Shown here in pieces: positions 63,770 to 64,000 of a stretch of DNA of 64,000 nt (its first letter is position 1; each line of letters opens with the position of its first letter). Location: assembly GCA_041746655.1 (NCBI GenBank), contig JBGTGR010000003.1, positions 36,275 through 100,274 on the forward strand. Direction: 5' to 3'. This DNA is from Elainellales cyanobacterium. GTDB taxonomy: Bacteria > Cyanobacteriota > Cyanobacteriia > Elainellales > Elainellaceae. Below the pieces are notes generated by a model. That model made no database searches and had not been told where the DNA came from. It saw nothing but the letters and a program-made list of their open reading frames with translations. Made by a program: the position numbers and the translations under genes.

Positions 63770-64000
63770 CGAAGATTTAATTACCAAACGAATGCAACCA
63801 TCTTCCCTGATTCTGCCAGGATTTTCTGTCGAGTGGCTTTGCCTCTCAGTAGCTTGTCGTAACAATCTGTAAACTTTCTTAAGGTATCGGCAATCAATGC
63901 TGTTCAATTCCAGACTTTACCTCCTAATAACTCTCAACGGTTTAAAAATGAGACTTTTGAACTAAATGGCACAAAAAAAGCAATTAAGCAACGGCATGAA

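Noticed and set aside
1-64000. Frequent GCGATCGC repeats as a possible CRISPR array or other repeat system; also a scan for tRNA/rRNA genes and transposases
   Set aside because: The octamers are HIP1 elements scattered irregularly in genes and spacers, with no regular repeat-spacer periodicity. I could not find tRNA-like T-arm or acceptor motifs, rRNA, or transposase/integrase ORFs.

Overview
Cyanobacterial chromosomal segment. The HIP1 octamer GCGATCGC recurs every few hundred bp and a CyanoQ/psbQ gene is present. I can support about 60 protein-coding genes. I recognised no rRNA, tRNA, CRISPR array, transposase or integrase. Layout: (1) 0-9.7 kb: argJ 5' end, cyclophilin, a methyltransferase, a large SARP/BTAD-STAND regulator flanked by two DUF4242 paralogs, an alpha/beta-hydrolase-fold protein, psbQ and an FAD oxidoreductase. 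(2) 9.9-13.3 kb: small acidic lipoprotein, a truncated alpha-amylase/TreS-type remnant, an orphan sensory-rhodopsin-transducer (ASRT) homolog, a HAD hydrolase and an Nramp-like transporter. (3) 13.4-16.4 kb: an OmpR-type response regulator and its histidine kinase, separated by about 830 nt of ORF-free DNA, each preceded by a copy of the same ~60-nt promoter-like module. (4) 16.6-28.9 kb: housekeeping genes, including prolyl oligopeptidase, SDR plus GH15, a pncB-nadD-nrtR-nadE NAD operon with two candidate NrtR operators, Ap4A phosphorylase, nth, a YqeY-like protein and a fatty-acid-hydroxylase-family protein. (5) 29.2-34.5 kb: the main accessory system, a lasso-peptide (RiPP) cluster ordered B1(PqqD)-B2-C-A followed by an HPr-kinase-like kinase and a PF14907-type nucleotidyltransferase. 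Its 61-aa precursor is unusual: it offers two plausible leader/core registers, has a very long core and lacks a C-terminal Ser. (6) 34.5-59.2 kb: a co-directional minus-strand glycan locus of about 25 kb with many GT2/GT4 genes, three FkbM methyltransferases, two sulfotransferases, a pyruvyl transferase, a Wzy-like membrane protein and Wzm/Wzt. It contains visibly AT-rich sub-blocks and is preceded by a putative outer-membrane beta-barrel gene. (7) 59.8-64 kb: DUF2294, a CheY-like receiver, gcvT and selO. All calls come from reading the ORF translations and the DNA by eye. No database search was run, and start codons are often uncertain.
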